DNA of 64,000 nucleotides from Hemiscyllium ocellatum. Its lineage: Eukaryota. Both the position numbers and the translations under genes were made by a program. The stretch is from NCBI RefSeq assembly GCF_020745735.1, contig NC_083421.1, positions 63,913,001-63,977,000 on the forward strand, written 5' to 3'. Below, in pieces: positions 1 through 28,500 of this stretch. Below the pieces are notes generated by a model. It searched no databases. It was not told the DNA's origin and saw only the letters and a list, made by a program, of their open reading frames with translations. Within the stretch, counting starts at the first letter, position 1, and every line of letters starts with the position of its first letter.

Positions 1-92
1 TTCATAAGCTGTTGCATTGTTTTGGAACTTTGGGGGATAAAGATCGAAACAATGGCACAGAAATAAAAGGATGTAACTACATGGTCAGAGAA

Positions 93-521
93 GGAAACCT
101 ACACTGCTGTCTGAGACAGCTGTCACTCTGTACATGGAAACCTGCACTGCTGTCTGAGACAGCTGTCACTCTGTACATGGAAACCTACACTGCTGTCTGA
201 GACAGCTGTCACTCTGTACATGGAAACCTACACTGCTGTCTGAGACAGCTGTCACTCTGTACATGGAAACCTGCACTGCTGTCTGAGACAGCTGTCACTC
301 TGTACATGGAAACCTGCACTGCTGTCTGAGACAGCTGTCACTCTGTACATGGAAACCTGCACTGCTGTCTGAGACAGCTGTCACTCTGTACATGGAAACC
401 TGCACTGCTGTCTGAGACAGCTGTCACTCTGTACATGGAAACCTGCACTGCTGTCTGAGACAGCTGTCACTCTGTACATGGAAACCTGCACTGCTGTCTG
501 AGACAGCTGTCACTCTGTACA
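93..521. repeat. 43-bp minisatellite, about 10 copies
   Basis: Unit atggaaacctgcactgctgtctgagacagctgtcactctgtac. Confidence 0.95.
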
Positions 522-526
522 CTTAC

Positions 527-552
527 TGCCGGAGCTGAACATCAGAGTGCAT
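527..552 (-). CDS. Candidate ENTR1 26-nt micro-exon (MHSDVQLR+2 nt)
   Basis: Pyrimidine-rich acceptor ...tgtttgttaattgttcctag| and perfect donor |gtaagt; open in phase 0 after exon 3498. Confidence 0.35.
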
Positions 553-789
553 CTAGGAACAATTAACAAACAGTGAAATCCACCCTGGAGGAATCCATGT
601 GGGACAGCTCACAGCACAGGAACAGATAAGCGCATAGTTTTTAATGTGTAAATCTACATTCATGAGTAGAGTGGGTTCTTTCTTGATTAAATTTGAAAAT
701 ATAAACCAGAAGTATGACGTTAGTCTGAAGTAGTGCATTTTTTAAGACCAACAAGATGGTGCTATTTTCTGGGTCTATAGATTGTGAAG

Positions 790-2715
790 GAGCAAACAAG
801 TAGCGTGATGTGCCCTTCCTGTCGGATGTGGGAATTTAGGGAGAGTTTCCAAATTACTGATGATCAACAGAGTGTCTTTGGTTGTGAATCCTATCGGATC
901 AGTTGGAGTGGCAGTTAGAGGCAATGAGCAATTTACAGAATCTAGAGGGGTGCGACGGATGGCAGTTATAGGAGGGGAGAACAGCTGCAGATACAGTCAG
1001 GTAGAGGGGTTAACTCCAGGAAAGGTAGGAGGGGGAGGCAATTAGTGCAGAAGTCTCCTGTGACTATTCCCATTTCAAACAGATATGCTGTTTCATAAAA
1101 TGTAGGGGGTGATGGACTCTCAGGGGAATGTAGCATGAACAGCCAAGTTTCTGGTATTGAGACTGGCTCTAATGTATTGAGGGGTATGTCAGGTTCCAAG
1201 CGATCGATTGTCTAAGGGGACTTCCTAGTCAGAGGCACAGACAGACGTTTCTGTGGCCAGCAGCGAAAGATCAGAATGGTGTGTTGCTTCCCTGGTGTCA
1301 GGATCAAGGATGTCTCAGAGAGGGTGTAGAATGTTCTCAAAAGGGAGAGGGACCAGCAGGAGATCATTGTGCACATTGGAACTAACAACTTAGGAAGGGG
1401 AAAGGATGAGATTCTGAAGGCTGATGACAGAGAGTTAGGCAGGAGTTTAAAAAGGAGGTCCTCGAGAGTAGTAATATCTGGATTACTCCCAGTGCTATGA
1501 GCTAGTAAGGGCAGGAATAGGAGGATAGAGCAGATGAATACATGGCTGAGGAGCTGGTGTACGGGAGAAAGATTCACATTTTTGGATCGTTGGAATCTCT
1601 TCTGGGATAGAAGTGACCTGTACAAGAAGGACGGATTGCATCTAAATTGGAAGGGGACTAATATACTGGCAGGGAAATTTGCGAGAGCTGCTTGGGAGGA
1701 TTTAACCTAGTAAGGAGGGGGGGAGCCAGGGAAGTAATGAGGAAAGAGATCAATCTGAGACTGGTACAGTAGGGAAAGGCTGTGGATCAAATAGTCAGGG
1801 CAGGCAGGGACAAAGCACAAAACAAGGTAGGACTGACAAATTAAACGCAAGGCAGATGAACTCTGGGCATGGTTAGGAACATGGGACTGGGACATCATAG
1901 AAACTACAGAAACTTGGCTCAAGGATGGGCAGGACTGGCAGTTAATGTTCCAGGATACAAATACTACAGGAGGGACAGAAAGGGAGGCAAGAGAGGAGGG
2001 GGAGAGGCATTTTTGATCAGGGATAGCATTACAGCTGTGTTGAGGGAGGATATTCCTGGAAATACATCCAGGGAAGTTATTGGGGTGGAAGTGAAAAATA
2101 AGAAAGGGATGATCATCTTATTGGCATTTATTAAAGGCAGTAGTCAGCAAGAAATTGAGAAACAAACTTGTAAGGAGATCTCAGTTATCTGTAAGAATAT
2201 TTTAATTTTCCAAACATAAACTGGGACTGTCATAGTGTTAAGGGTTTAGATGGAGAGGAATTTGTTAAGTGTGTACAAGACAATTTTCTGATTCAGTATG
2301 TGGATGTACCTACTAGAGAAGATGCAAAACTTGACCTACTCTTGGGAAATAAGGCAAGGCAGGTGACTGAGGTATCAGTGGGGGAGCACTTTGGGGTCAG
2401 CAACCATAATTCTATTAGATTAAAATAATGATGAAAAAGGATAGACCAGATCTAAAAGTTGAAGTTTTAAATTGGAGAAAGGCCAATTTTGACAGAGAAC
2501 TTTCAAAAGCTGATTAGGGACTGCTCGAAAATGGGAAGCCTTCAGAAACAAGATAACGAGAGTGTAGAGACAGTATATTCCTGTTTGGGTGCAAGGCAAG
2601 GCTGGGAGGTGTAGGGAATGCTGGATGATTAGAAAAATTGAGGGTTTGGTTAAGGAAAAGAAAGAAGCAGATGTCAGGGATAGACAGGATAGATCGAGTG
2701 AATCCTTAGAAGAGG
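790..2715 (+). mobile_element. CR1 LINE 5' portion: decayed ORF1 (Zn-finger + SGNH esterase) and ORF2 APE endonuclease
   Basis: CPSCRMW, CFPGVRIKDVSERV, HIGTNN and LYKKDGLHLNWKGTNIL motifs; then RRDRKGGKRGGGEAFLIRDSI endonuclease, with stops and frameshifts. Confidence 0.85.
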
Positions 2716-2803
2716 CTGTGAGATGACAAGGAATCTCTTCAGTTAGAGGGTGGAATCTGTGGAAGTCATTACCACAGAGGGCTAGGAGGCCAAGTCATCG
2801 GGC

Positions 2804-3029
2804 AAAGGTATCCCCGCTTTTCAAAAGTTCACTTTATGCAACTTCACTTTTACAAAAGATCTACATTAGCACCTGTTTTCGCTAACTGAAAAATCTGAGC
2901 AGGATTTTCGCTTTTACGAAGAAATGCAAAATGTTTCCCATATAATTTAATCCTTCCTCACTTTACGCCACGCGGACTGACGAAAGGCTTCAAAGGAAAG
3001 CTCTGCTTTTGAATAGCGGGAAATATCTG
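2804..3029. mobile_element. Short TIR element (MITE, Tc1/mariner-Tigger-like)
   Basis: Left end aggtatccccgcttttcaaaag is the imperfect reverse complement of right end cttttgaatagcgggaaatatct. Confidence 0.55.
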
Positions 3030-3119
3030 CATCATTAGGTTTGTTGATTGGTAAGGGGAAATCAAGGGGAGAAGGCAGGAGAATGGGAAGGCGAAACATA
3101 TCAGACATGATCAAACGGT

Positions 3120-3270
3120 GAGAGAAAAAAACCTGCTGGTATCCAAAGTCGAAAACAGGAGGCTGGAGGAACACAATGAGCCAGGCAGCATCAGGAGGCG
3201 AAGAGGTCAATGCTTCGGGTATAACCTCCTGATGCTGCCCAGCATACTGTTTCCCTACAGCCTGTCTACA
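3120..3270. mobile_element. Degenerate PLE-derived fold-back mini-element
   Basis: ggcagcatcaggagg ... cctcctgatgctgcc inverted arms; same family as 16455-16700. Confidence 0.55.
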
Positions 3271-3497
3271 ATCAAATGGTGAAGCAGACTAATTGGTCGA
3301 GTTCTACTCTGATATCTTATGATTTGCATGGTCTTACGTATAATCCTTATCCTGAGACTAGTGTAATTTGAACTCTTTCCCTGATGATGGAGAAAGCAGC
3401 CTCTTTATCACACTGGGTGAAAGGTGCTTTATAAATGCATATTGTTGCTGTAGGTGTGTGAATGTGTGTGTGTGTGTGTGGGCGTCTGGTCTGTCAC

Positions 3498-3589
3498 CTC
3501 CTTCCTCTTTGCTGTGGATTGACTTTTGATCTTGACAAACTCCTTGAAGGAAAAGGGGTTTGTTTCATCAGCGACTTCTTCCTTTGCAC
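3498..3589 (-). CDS. ENTR1: ENTR1/SDCCAG3 early coding exon (AKEEVADETNPFSFKEFVKIKSQSTAKRKE)
   Basis: NPFSFKEF matches the ENTR1 NPFSFREF motif; ttcag| acceptor and |gtgaca donor; head-to-head with PMPCA as in other vertebrates. Confidence 0.85.
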
Positions 3590-3714
3590 CTGAATACAAC
3601 AGAGAGCAGGGAAATAAATCAGAGTGAAAACAGGGGCAATAATTGTTGGGAATGAACTGATCCCGGTCAGGGTGGTGTGGGACAGTTACAGGGTGGATGT
3701 GCACACAGATCCGC

Positions 3715-4235
3715 CACCCTCCCCCATCCTCTCCTTCCACCCCTCCCCCATCCCCCCTCCCCTCCTTCCACCCCTCCCCCATCCCCATCCCCCCTCCCCT
3801 CCCCCATCCCCATCCCCCCTCCTTCCACCCCTCCCCATCCCCCCACCCTCCCCTCCCCCATCCCCATCCCCCCTCCTTCCACCCCTCCCCATCCCCCCAC
3901 CCTCCCCTCCCCCATCCCCATCCCCCCACCCTCCCCTCCCCCATCCCCATCCCCCCTCCTTCCACCCCTCCCCCATCCCCCCTCCCACCCCTCCCCTCCT
4001 TCCACCCCTCCCCCATCCCCCCTCCCACCCCTCCCCTCCTTCCACCCCTCCCCCATCCCCCCTCCCACCCCTCCCCTCCTTCCACCCCTCCCCCATCCCC
4101 CCTCCCACCCCTCCCCTCCTTCCACCCCTCCCCCATCCCCCCTCCTCTCCTCCCACCCCCCCTCCTCTCCTCCCACCCCTCCCCTCCTTCCACCCCTCCC
4201 CCATCCCCCCTCCCCCACTTTCCCCCCCCCCCCCG
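3715..4235. repeat. C-rich polypyrimidine minisatellite in the first ENTR1 intron
   Basis: Repeats of ccctcccctccttccacccctcccccatcccc; source of spurious Pro/Gly ORFs. Confidence 0.9.
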
Positions 4236-4259
4236 CTGTTGCTGCCCTCCTTTGGTGTT

Positions 4260-4361
4260 GCTCTCACTCCGGAAGTTCATGTTCCCTCTGGTGGCGGGGG
4301 ATGGTGTGTGACCCGGAACCGGATTCCAGCCGTGACCCGGAAGTGTTCGCTGCGGGCCAAA

Positions 4362-4370
<9 letters not shown>
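4260..4370. promoter_or_regulatory. Bidirectional ENTR1/PMPCA promoter (CpG-rich)
   Basis: ETS/GABP CCGGAAGT at 4269-4276 and 4337-4344, CCGGAA at 4313-4318; YY1 motif CAAAATGGCGGC at 4358-4369 over the PMPCA ATG; CTCF-like CCGCCACCAGAGGG (minus) within 4281-4298. Confidence 0.75.
4268..4280 (-). CDS. ENTR1: Candidate ENTR1 first coding exon (ATG AAC TTC CGG A)
   Basis: Followed by donor gtgaga; phase 1 joins exon 3589 in frame (MNFRSAKEE...). Short, so uncertain. Confidence 0.4.
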
Positions 4371-20617
<16,247 letters not shown>

Positions 20618-21216
20618 GTGGGACCTGCTCCCGGTCCCCAGCTGATGAACAAACACACTACACCTTGAAGCTGTGCATCTGTGAGCTGCTTGAGGTGGAC
20701 AGAGAGGGGTAATTGTGTGTAATTGGACTGGGCTGGGAGGGGGGACAGAACACAGTGTGGGTGAAAAGTGGTCTAATGTACTTGATTTTATATCAAGATA
20801 GCAAGATCAAACCTGCTTTGAAATGCTTGGATGTGTCTTTACTTTGTGATGCTGCTAGTCACCAGCTGCTGGACTGAGATCGTTCTGTGGTAATGCACAA
20901 TACTATTCTGTCCAGTTGTATAAATTTTTATTGTACTAATGCCCAAGGCCTCCTGGGACTTTGTTTCATATTGGAGATGTGTAATACCCATCTAATGATG
21001 GATTTAATTTGAGAGTGCTAGCCTTTTCTGCCAGATATAGATATGAAGTTGCTGCATGTGCCACCCACAAGCATCTTATCCTTTTACAGACAGTGTGTTA
21101 TAACTAAGAGAAAGTGGAAACAGTTGCACATTACAGCTCAGATCAACACTGCTGACTAACACCCAGAACTCTTAAAAATTATTTATTTCTTGTAAAAAAA
21201 AAATCAGTGAAATCAA

Positions 21217-21222
21217 AATAAA
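21217..21222 (+). terminator. Probable PMPCA polyadenylation signal AATAAA
   Basis: First AATAAA I found after the stop (about 600 nt downstream), followed by GT/T-containing sequence. Confidence 0.55.
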
Positions 21223-22456
21223 AGTGTTCTATATAAAGCACAAATTTATATGTTACAGAAACCCTCTGTGTGGGTCTTCCTGCAAAGGCCCAGGGTGATT
21301 TGTAATCAGAGACCTGTATGAAACCTGACCAACCATACACTGAAAACAGCTTCGGAGAGGGGGGTAACTGAGACCCTGTCCCAGCCACAACCTCCGTGAC
21401 TGGACTGAGCTACTGGACATAGTGTCTGAACATAGCCATCTCCACTCTCCTTTCAGATACCAAATGTAGGCTGGAGCCCACAGACTGGGGAGAATCCTCC
21501 ATGTTCTTTAGCCACGGTGATGATGGGCCATGTAGGAGCAGCAGAATTGCAACCTTTAATAATAACTCCGTCTGAGAGGATCACCAACCGTGTCCCTGGG
21601 CTGTGCCAGGACCCTGCCAAGCCTCTCACTGCCCGATGGTCTCACACATGGCAGAGGTTGATCTCTCCTGTGCCCAGTAGCCAGTGTCTGACAGCAGCAA
21701 TACCATTTAACAATTCTCCATCCAACTATGAACAATAAAACTGTCTGCAATCCCAGCTGTGCAAGGTCAGTGTACAAGCATGGAGTGACCGTTTCCAGCT
21801 GGTTGACAATCACTCAGTTCAAGGCCTCGAAGGAAATGAGAAATAACCATTTCACAAAGTCGATTGTGGGCTAATCTCCAACTGGGGTGAGCAGTATGCT
21901 CCACTCACTCTCTCACAGAGCTGGAAGAACCAGTCGATGTTTTGTTAATGCTAACTTGGATATCATGGCTGCAGCAGGGAAGGCTCTATAGCTGCCCGTG
22001 GTCTGGTGCCAAGGCGACTGTGTGGGGGTCTGGGCTAAACTGTGACAGTGCCCAGGGTTCAATATTCCAGGGACATTTACTGTCGAGGCTGACATGAAGA
22101 ATAGATACATTGGACATATCCCACAGTGAGTGTCTGGTTCTTTTGAGGGTTTAAATTGTGATATAAGCTTCTCAACAGAGAGCACATTAAAAAATGAACA
22201 TTGAAAAATGTCATCTTCAAAATATTGAATTACTACATAATTATGAAACAAAAACAATAATGATGGATTATTATGCACAGTCTTGCTCTTTTATAAGTGC
22301 ATTACAGGCCACCCTTCCTGACCCACTGTTTTATTTAATGACTGTCTTGGCGTGGTTCCTGTGACAGTACTTTGCTTTGGTGGTCAGTACCCTGGGTGCA
22401 GTCTCTGCTTCTGTGCTCACTGCTGCAGGCAGCTCCCTGTTTCTATCCAGTTCCTG

Positions 22457-22586
22457 TCAGGACACACTGCAGGTGACACTGTTCTTCTGGTTCCAGAATG
22501 CACGTCTCTTCTGCTCTCTCACAAACCGTCTTTTTATTCCCTCTTTGTAGATATCTCTGTAAAACTGACCGGCACACAGTGGGATG
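22457..22586 (-). CDS. INPP5E: INPP5E terminal coding exon
   Basis: [42 protein letters not shown] (CaaX). Confidence 0.95.
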
Positions 22587-25500
22587 CTGATGGGGCAAAA
22601 CAGACAAATTGGACATGAACAACCCAATAGCTCTTATTTAATTCACAATTGTCTGATGTCTAATGAGTTCTCTGAGACCACAGGTTGGATAGCTTCTGAT
22701 TCACTGACAGGTGCAGGCATGTTAGAACAGCAGGAACACTCTGTGAAGCTGTCCCTTATCCTGGTGCTTGGGTGCACATCACAGAATCCCACAGAAGTGG
22801 CAGCACCAGCAAGGCACAGGAAGGGAATAAAAAGCAAACTCACTTATCTCTTCCAGGTCGCAGCCTCACTTGAAAGTAGCCGTAGACAGGCCTGTGATCG
22901 GAGGTTTTAATTGAAGTGCAGCTGCCATATTTAACTACGAATATGTCACCTTTCTGCCGGCTCTTGTATATAATGCGGTCCTGCAGAAAAACAGGGTAAG
23001 TGGTCTGTGGCTGTGTTACAGGCTTCCCACAGAAACTACACCAAATGGTACAGCCGACAGATCCATGATTAGCACCTCACGGAGCTCGAATCTAGTTCAC
23101 TCCAGTGACCACATTCCCACAGCAGCAATGCTGAACTATCAAAGGTGAAGGTTTTCAGAAGAGACTTTAACCAACTCAGGAACTCTCCGATTTAAAAGAT
23201 GTCATGGTGCTCCTCTACTCCAAATCAGTAAAATAGATGACCTGGTCATTAGCATGTTGCTGTGTGAGAAGTGGTTCCTGTTAGTGAGTACTCTTCAGTT
23301 GCACTGTCTAATGTTTGGAGGTCATTGATGGTGCAGCAAAGAGTCTGCCCTTTCGTTTGCTTCACTGCCCTACCCTCCCATTCCTTGAGAGATTGATCCA
23401 GTTAGTGACACTGAAGGTCTGCTGCTTCCCCACAGTCCAGAAACCTTTCCTCTCAGGCAGTGTGTTCCAGAACAGTACAACTCACTACAGGAATTTTCTC
23501 CTCTGGTTCCTCTCCAAAATAGCTTCGATTTTTAGATAGCACCTACGTGTCCCTGGAAACAGTATCTCATCATGTACTTGTACCTTCCCCTCACTTTCTC
23601 TGCTGTAAAACCAGTCCCAGTTAATGCAGCCTCTCCATTGCGCAGTCACTCACTGGATAAATGAGGACTGATTAAAAAGGAGGGAGTGGCCAATACTCCA
23701 ACAGAATTAAACTTTCTGTCACTTCCTTACCGTGTAGGAGGGAGTCCTCTGTTTGGCACTACTGTCATAAACATCACATCCAATGTCAAACTTGTAGGTT
23801 GGTAGAAAAGTGATTTCAGCTTCTTTGAACCCTTTAAAAATGGAGCCTGAGGAACAGGAGAAACAGGTGAGCTGTAGAAAGATTTACAAACATTCTCCCT
23901 CGCTCTCCAAACACAACACAGAGACAGGTACAAACAACATGGATCTCACCTCACACAGAAAGACAACCAAACTGCAGGTTACCACAGACTCCGTACTCCA
24001 ATGCATGTGGGAGCTGTTCCTGCAGCTGATCCTCGTCTCCCTCCCCAGTCCCAAGCTGCTGGAAAATACACAGAACCAGTCCTACCCTCCTGTAGCTTTT
24101 TGGTGAGCTCATCATAATGCAGAATGGAGCGGAGACTGTCCACGTTCCTGTTCTGGAGGAGCTCATCGATCACTGCTCGCTTCACATCCAGGCGGAAGTT
24201 AAAGTCACCAAACCAGAAAACCTGATCAAATCGAGTTGTCACATCATCTGCAGCAAGTACATAGGATTAGCATGTCAGATAAATGGCCATGTCTACCATG
24301 CTCTGTGAGGAAGGTGTGTGAAGCTGCTGGAGGGAGAGTCTGATTCGGCTCAGACTCCTGTGTAACACATACAACATTCTCCATTTCTCACTTTCAACTG
24401 AGACTTTTCACTTTCCACAGCCTACCTTCAGAGGAAAGCAGGGATGTTCACCCATGTTACAACATTCCTGCAGTAACTAACAGCACTTTTTTTTTAAAGG
24501 GGAAAGGAATACGAAGACATGAAATAAAGCACGGTATCAGAGTCAGTGTGTGTGGGACCGTACCCCAGTGAGAGTCAGTGTGTGTGGGACCGTACCCCAA
24601 TGAGAGTCAGTGTGTGTGGGAGCGTACCCCAGTGAGAGTCAGTGTGTGTGGGAGCTGTACCCCAGTGAGAGTCAGTGTGTGTGGGGACTGTACCCCAGTG
24701 AGAGTCAGTGTGTGTGGGAGCCGTTCCCCAGTGAGAGTCAGTGTGTGTGGGAATGTACCCCAGTGAGAGTCAGTGTGTGTGGGAGCTGTACCCCAGTGAG
24801 AGTCAGTGTGTGTGGGGACTGTACCCCAGTGAGAGTCAGTGTGTGTGGGAGCTGTACCCCAGTGAGAGTCAGTGTGTGTGGGAGCTGTACCCCAGTGAGG
24901 GTGGGAGATTCCCTTCCACACCCTACTCAGACAACAGCTGGACACCAGGCATTTAACGTTAGCTACTCACAGGGGTCAGATTTGTAGACGTTGGTGTCAG
25001 GCACAACCCGTGGAAGTGCCAGAGCTTCTATTGTTTTATTGTAGTCCAGCATCCTCTCGTAAACCTTCCCTTGCCCTGCTGCATGAGAGAGATCACAATG
25101 AGAGACAGGGAGTGTGCTGTAACCTATCCCCACATTTCTAGCTCACTACCATCATTAGCCTAAATTTCACACAATGTTTGAAAATAATAACGGGTTTTGA
25201 ACAGATGGACAGAGAACTATGTTTTTCCTTTAAGTGAGTCCTGGCTCATTGCATAGCTGTAAAGTGCTCCAAGACTTTGTGCACTGGTACGGCAGTTAAC
25301 CCCTTCTCAAAACCTTATTTGAGCACACGATCACTGTGCCAGCTTGTTGTTGTTTTGTTGTGAGGCTGACTGGCAGCCTGAGTGCACAACTGAGAGAACT
25401 ACATGGGTAAAACTTACAGGTAAAGTGAGAAGTAATGAAGAGGAAGGACGTGCCAAAAAACGTGAATGAGATTGCTATGGCTCCTTTGGTCTTGATCTGG

Positions 25501-28500
25501 GAGACGATACGAGTTGTCACTGTTGCTTGTTCTACTTCTGTGGAAAGACCCAAAACACATTCAGGAAATCTTCAAACCATCCAGTTTCCATTTATTGCAC
25601 AGCTAATGGCCTGCAATCCTGCAACATTTACCTGAGCAAAACCAGATGAGATCTCTCCTGATGAAGAGCGAGAGGTGGAGGACTCCGTGCACTGCAGAGT
25701 ACAGCAGCACAAAGTGAGGCCCCAGGGTCTCCTGCAGACGGATCTCCCACTCTCTCCTGCACAAACATAAAAGCACAAGCCAGGCGTTCACAACACACAG
25801 AAGCTCACAAACTGGAAGTGTTGAAAGCTAACCGTGGGTGAGGTAAACAATCAATGCTGAATGGGAACCCTATATAGTCTGAGATTGATCCCAGCCTCAG
25901 CAATCTCTGCTGAAGTTGCTAGCTCTGACTGCACTGGCTGAGACGGAGTCACAGGCAGTACTTGGCCCATGTTCAACTGTTCTGGTCAGCAATGGAGGAC
26001 CAAGCAGAGTGGTCAACCCTATCACATGATAGCTGCTGGAGAGCATGTGAACGATTGTAAAATTGAGAGGGAAACGGAAGAGGAGATAGAGACAGACAGA
26101 GAAAAAGAGACTCCGCTGCCCCTCTGAGTAGGTGCCTTTATGTCTACCAATGTGCAGGCAGTATCTCGGTTCAATGTTTTCACGTGTCAGTGTCTCCAAC
26201 AGTTAGCACTATCTGGTGTCACTGAACATTGGATAGGGAGGGGGTGGGGTGGCGTGAGGAGGTAAAAATGAGAGGCAGCCTGAAATGTGCTCAGGTTCGT
26301 TTCTGATGTGGAGGTCCTGTTACCTGTCTGGGATTCCTTCCTGAGTCCCAATGATATACAAGTCCTGGATGTATTGAGAGTCACAGGGCAGGAGAAGGTC
26401 ATCCAGCTTGTCAGGGAGCTGGAATGGGAGAACAATGGTTACAACAAACTCATTCTTACAAGCAAACCCTGTATCTGGTGATAACATTGAGATCAGCCTG
26501 GCAGTGGTTTGGTGGTTATGGACCCCTCGTGGTGAGGGGCTCAGTCACTGACCTCTCAATTCAAGAAACATTTCTAGACCAGCATTTATTGCCATTAACT
26601 GGGATCCCAGCGGCCAGTGAAAAGTCAACCACGTTGCTGTGGGTCTGGAGTCACATGGAGACCAGACCAGGTAAGGACAGCAGGTTTCCCTCCCTGATGG
26701 GACGTTGGTGAATGGGATGGGTTTTTCCAACAATTGATAATGGATTCATGGTCATCATTGCTTTAAACTAGTTTGTCGGGATGGGAACCAGAGGTATGGA
26801 TCAGAGGATGGGGGAGCTGGTGAACAGGCAGATACAGCGTGCAGAGGGTCTGTGAGGAAGGATACACAGTTGACAGTCAGTGTGATGGGTTGAAGTGTGA
26901 CTATTTTAAACGCAAGAAGTGTCAGAAAAAAAGAGTGATGAACTTAAAACATTAAAACATGGGAGAGCATTGGAGCTACGATGATGTGGCCATTACAGAA
27001 ACTTGGATATCACGGGCAGGAATGGTTGTTGGATGTTCCAGGGTTTGGATGTTCCAAAAGGAATAGGGAGGGTGGTAAAAGAGGTGGGGGGAGTGACTTT
27101 ACTAATCAGGAATAGTATCACAGCTGCAGAAAGAGAGGTTGTCAAGGAGGGTTTGTCCACAGATTCCTGACTCAATATGTAGATAGGCTGACTAGAAGGG
27201 AAGCCATACCAGATTTGGTGCTTGGCAACGAACCAGGTCAGGTGTCCACTCTCTCAGTGGGACAGCATTTCGGCGACAGTGATCACAACTCCGTGACCTT
27301 TACAAGGAAATCTGGCTGACTGGATACAGAATTGGCTGGCTCAAAGAAGACAGAGGGTGGCTGTAGATGGAAAGTATTTTGCCTGGAGCTCGGTGACCAG
27401 CGGTGTTTCACACAGATCGGTTCGAGGACCTCTGCTCTGTGATATTTATAAAGGACTTGGATGAGGAAGTGGAAGGGTGGGTTAGTAAGTTTGCCGATGA
27501 CAAGAAGGTTGGTGGTGTGGTGGGTAGTGTAGAGGGCTGTGGTAGGTTGCAACTGGACATTGACAGGATGCAGATCTGGGCTGAGAAGTGGCAGATGGAG
27601 TTCAGTCCGGAAAAGAGTCAAGTGATTCATTTTGGAAGGTCAAATTCGAATGCAGAGTACAGAGTTAAAGGCAGGATTCTTGGCAGCGTGGAGGAACAGA
27701 GGGATCTTGGGGTCCATGTCCATAGATCCCTCAAAGTCACCACCCAAGGTGATGGAGTTGTTAAGGAGGTGTATGGTGTGTTGGCTTTCCTTAGCAGGGG
27801 ATTGAGTTTAAGAGCCTCAAGGTTATGCTACAGCTCTCTAGAGCCCTGGTGAGGCCACACATGGAATATTGTGTTCAGTTCTAGTTACCATCACTACAGG
27901 ATGGATGTGGAAGCTTTAGAGAGGGTGCAGAGGAGATTTACCAGGATGCTGCCTGGACTGAAGGGCATGTCTGACGAAGAAAAGTTGAGAGAGCTAGGGC
28001 TTTTCTCATTGGAACGAAGGTGACTTGATAGAGGTGTACAAGATGATGAGAGGCAGAGTGGATAGCCAGAGACTTTTTCCCAGGACAGAAATGGCAATCA
28101 CGAGGGAACATAATTTTAGGGCAACTGGAGGAAGGTTTAGGGGAGATATCAGAGGTAGGTTCTTTACACAGAGGGTGGAAGGTGCGGGGAATGCACTGCT
28201 AGCTGTGGGAGTAGAGTCAGATATATTAGGGACATTTAAGTGACTCTTGCATGATAGTAAAATGAAGGGTTTGATATAAGGCTGCCCCAACATCAAGGGC
28301 TGAAGGTCCTGTACTGTTCTAATCTAAAATCTAAATTAGATTCTTAGATTTGAAGCTGGGTACCAGAACATTACACGAGTCTCTGGATTAACAGTCCAGT
28401 GATAATACTCTGAGCTGTTGCCTCTCCTTTCATAGTCAATTAAATGCTTTTCAATATATTTTTTCATTCAATCCATGTGTAACTTTCTTGGTCTTTCACC

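Noticed and set aside
93-521. Regular repeats resembling a CRISPR array (also 13677-14282 and 24538-24898)
   Set aside because: Head-to-tail units with no unique spacers; eukaryotic introns; no cas genes
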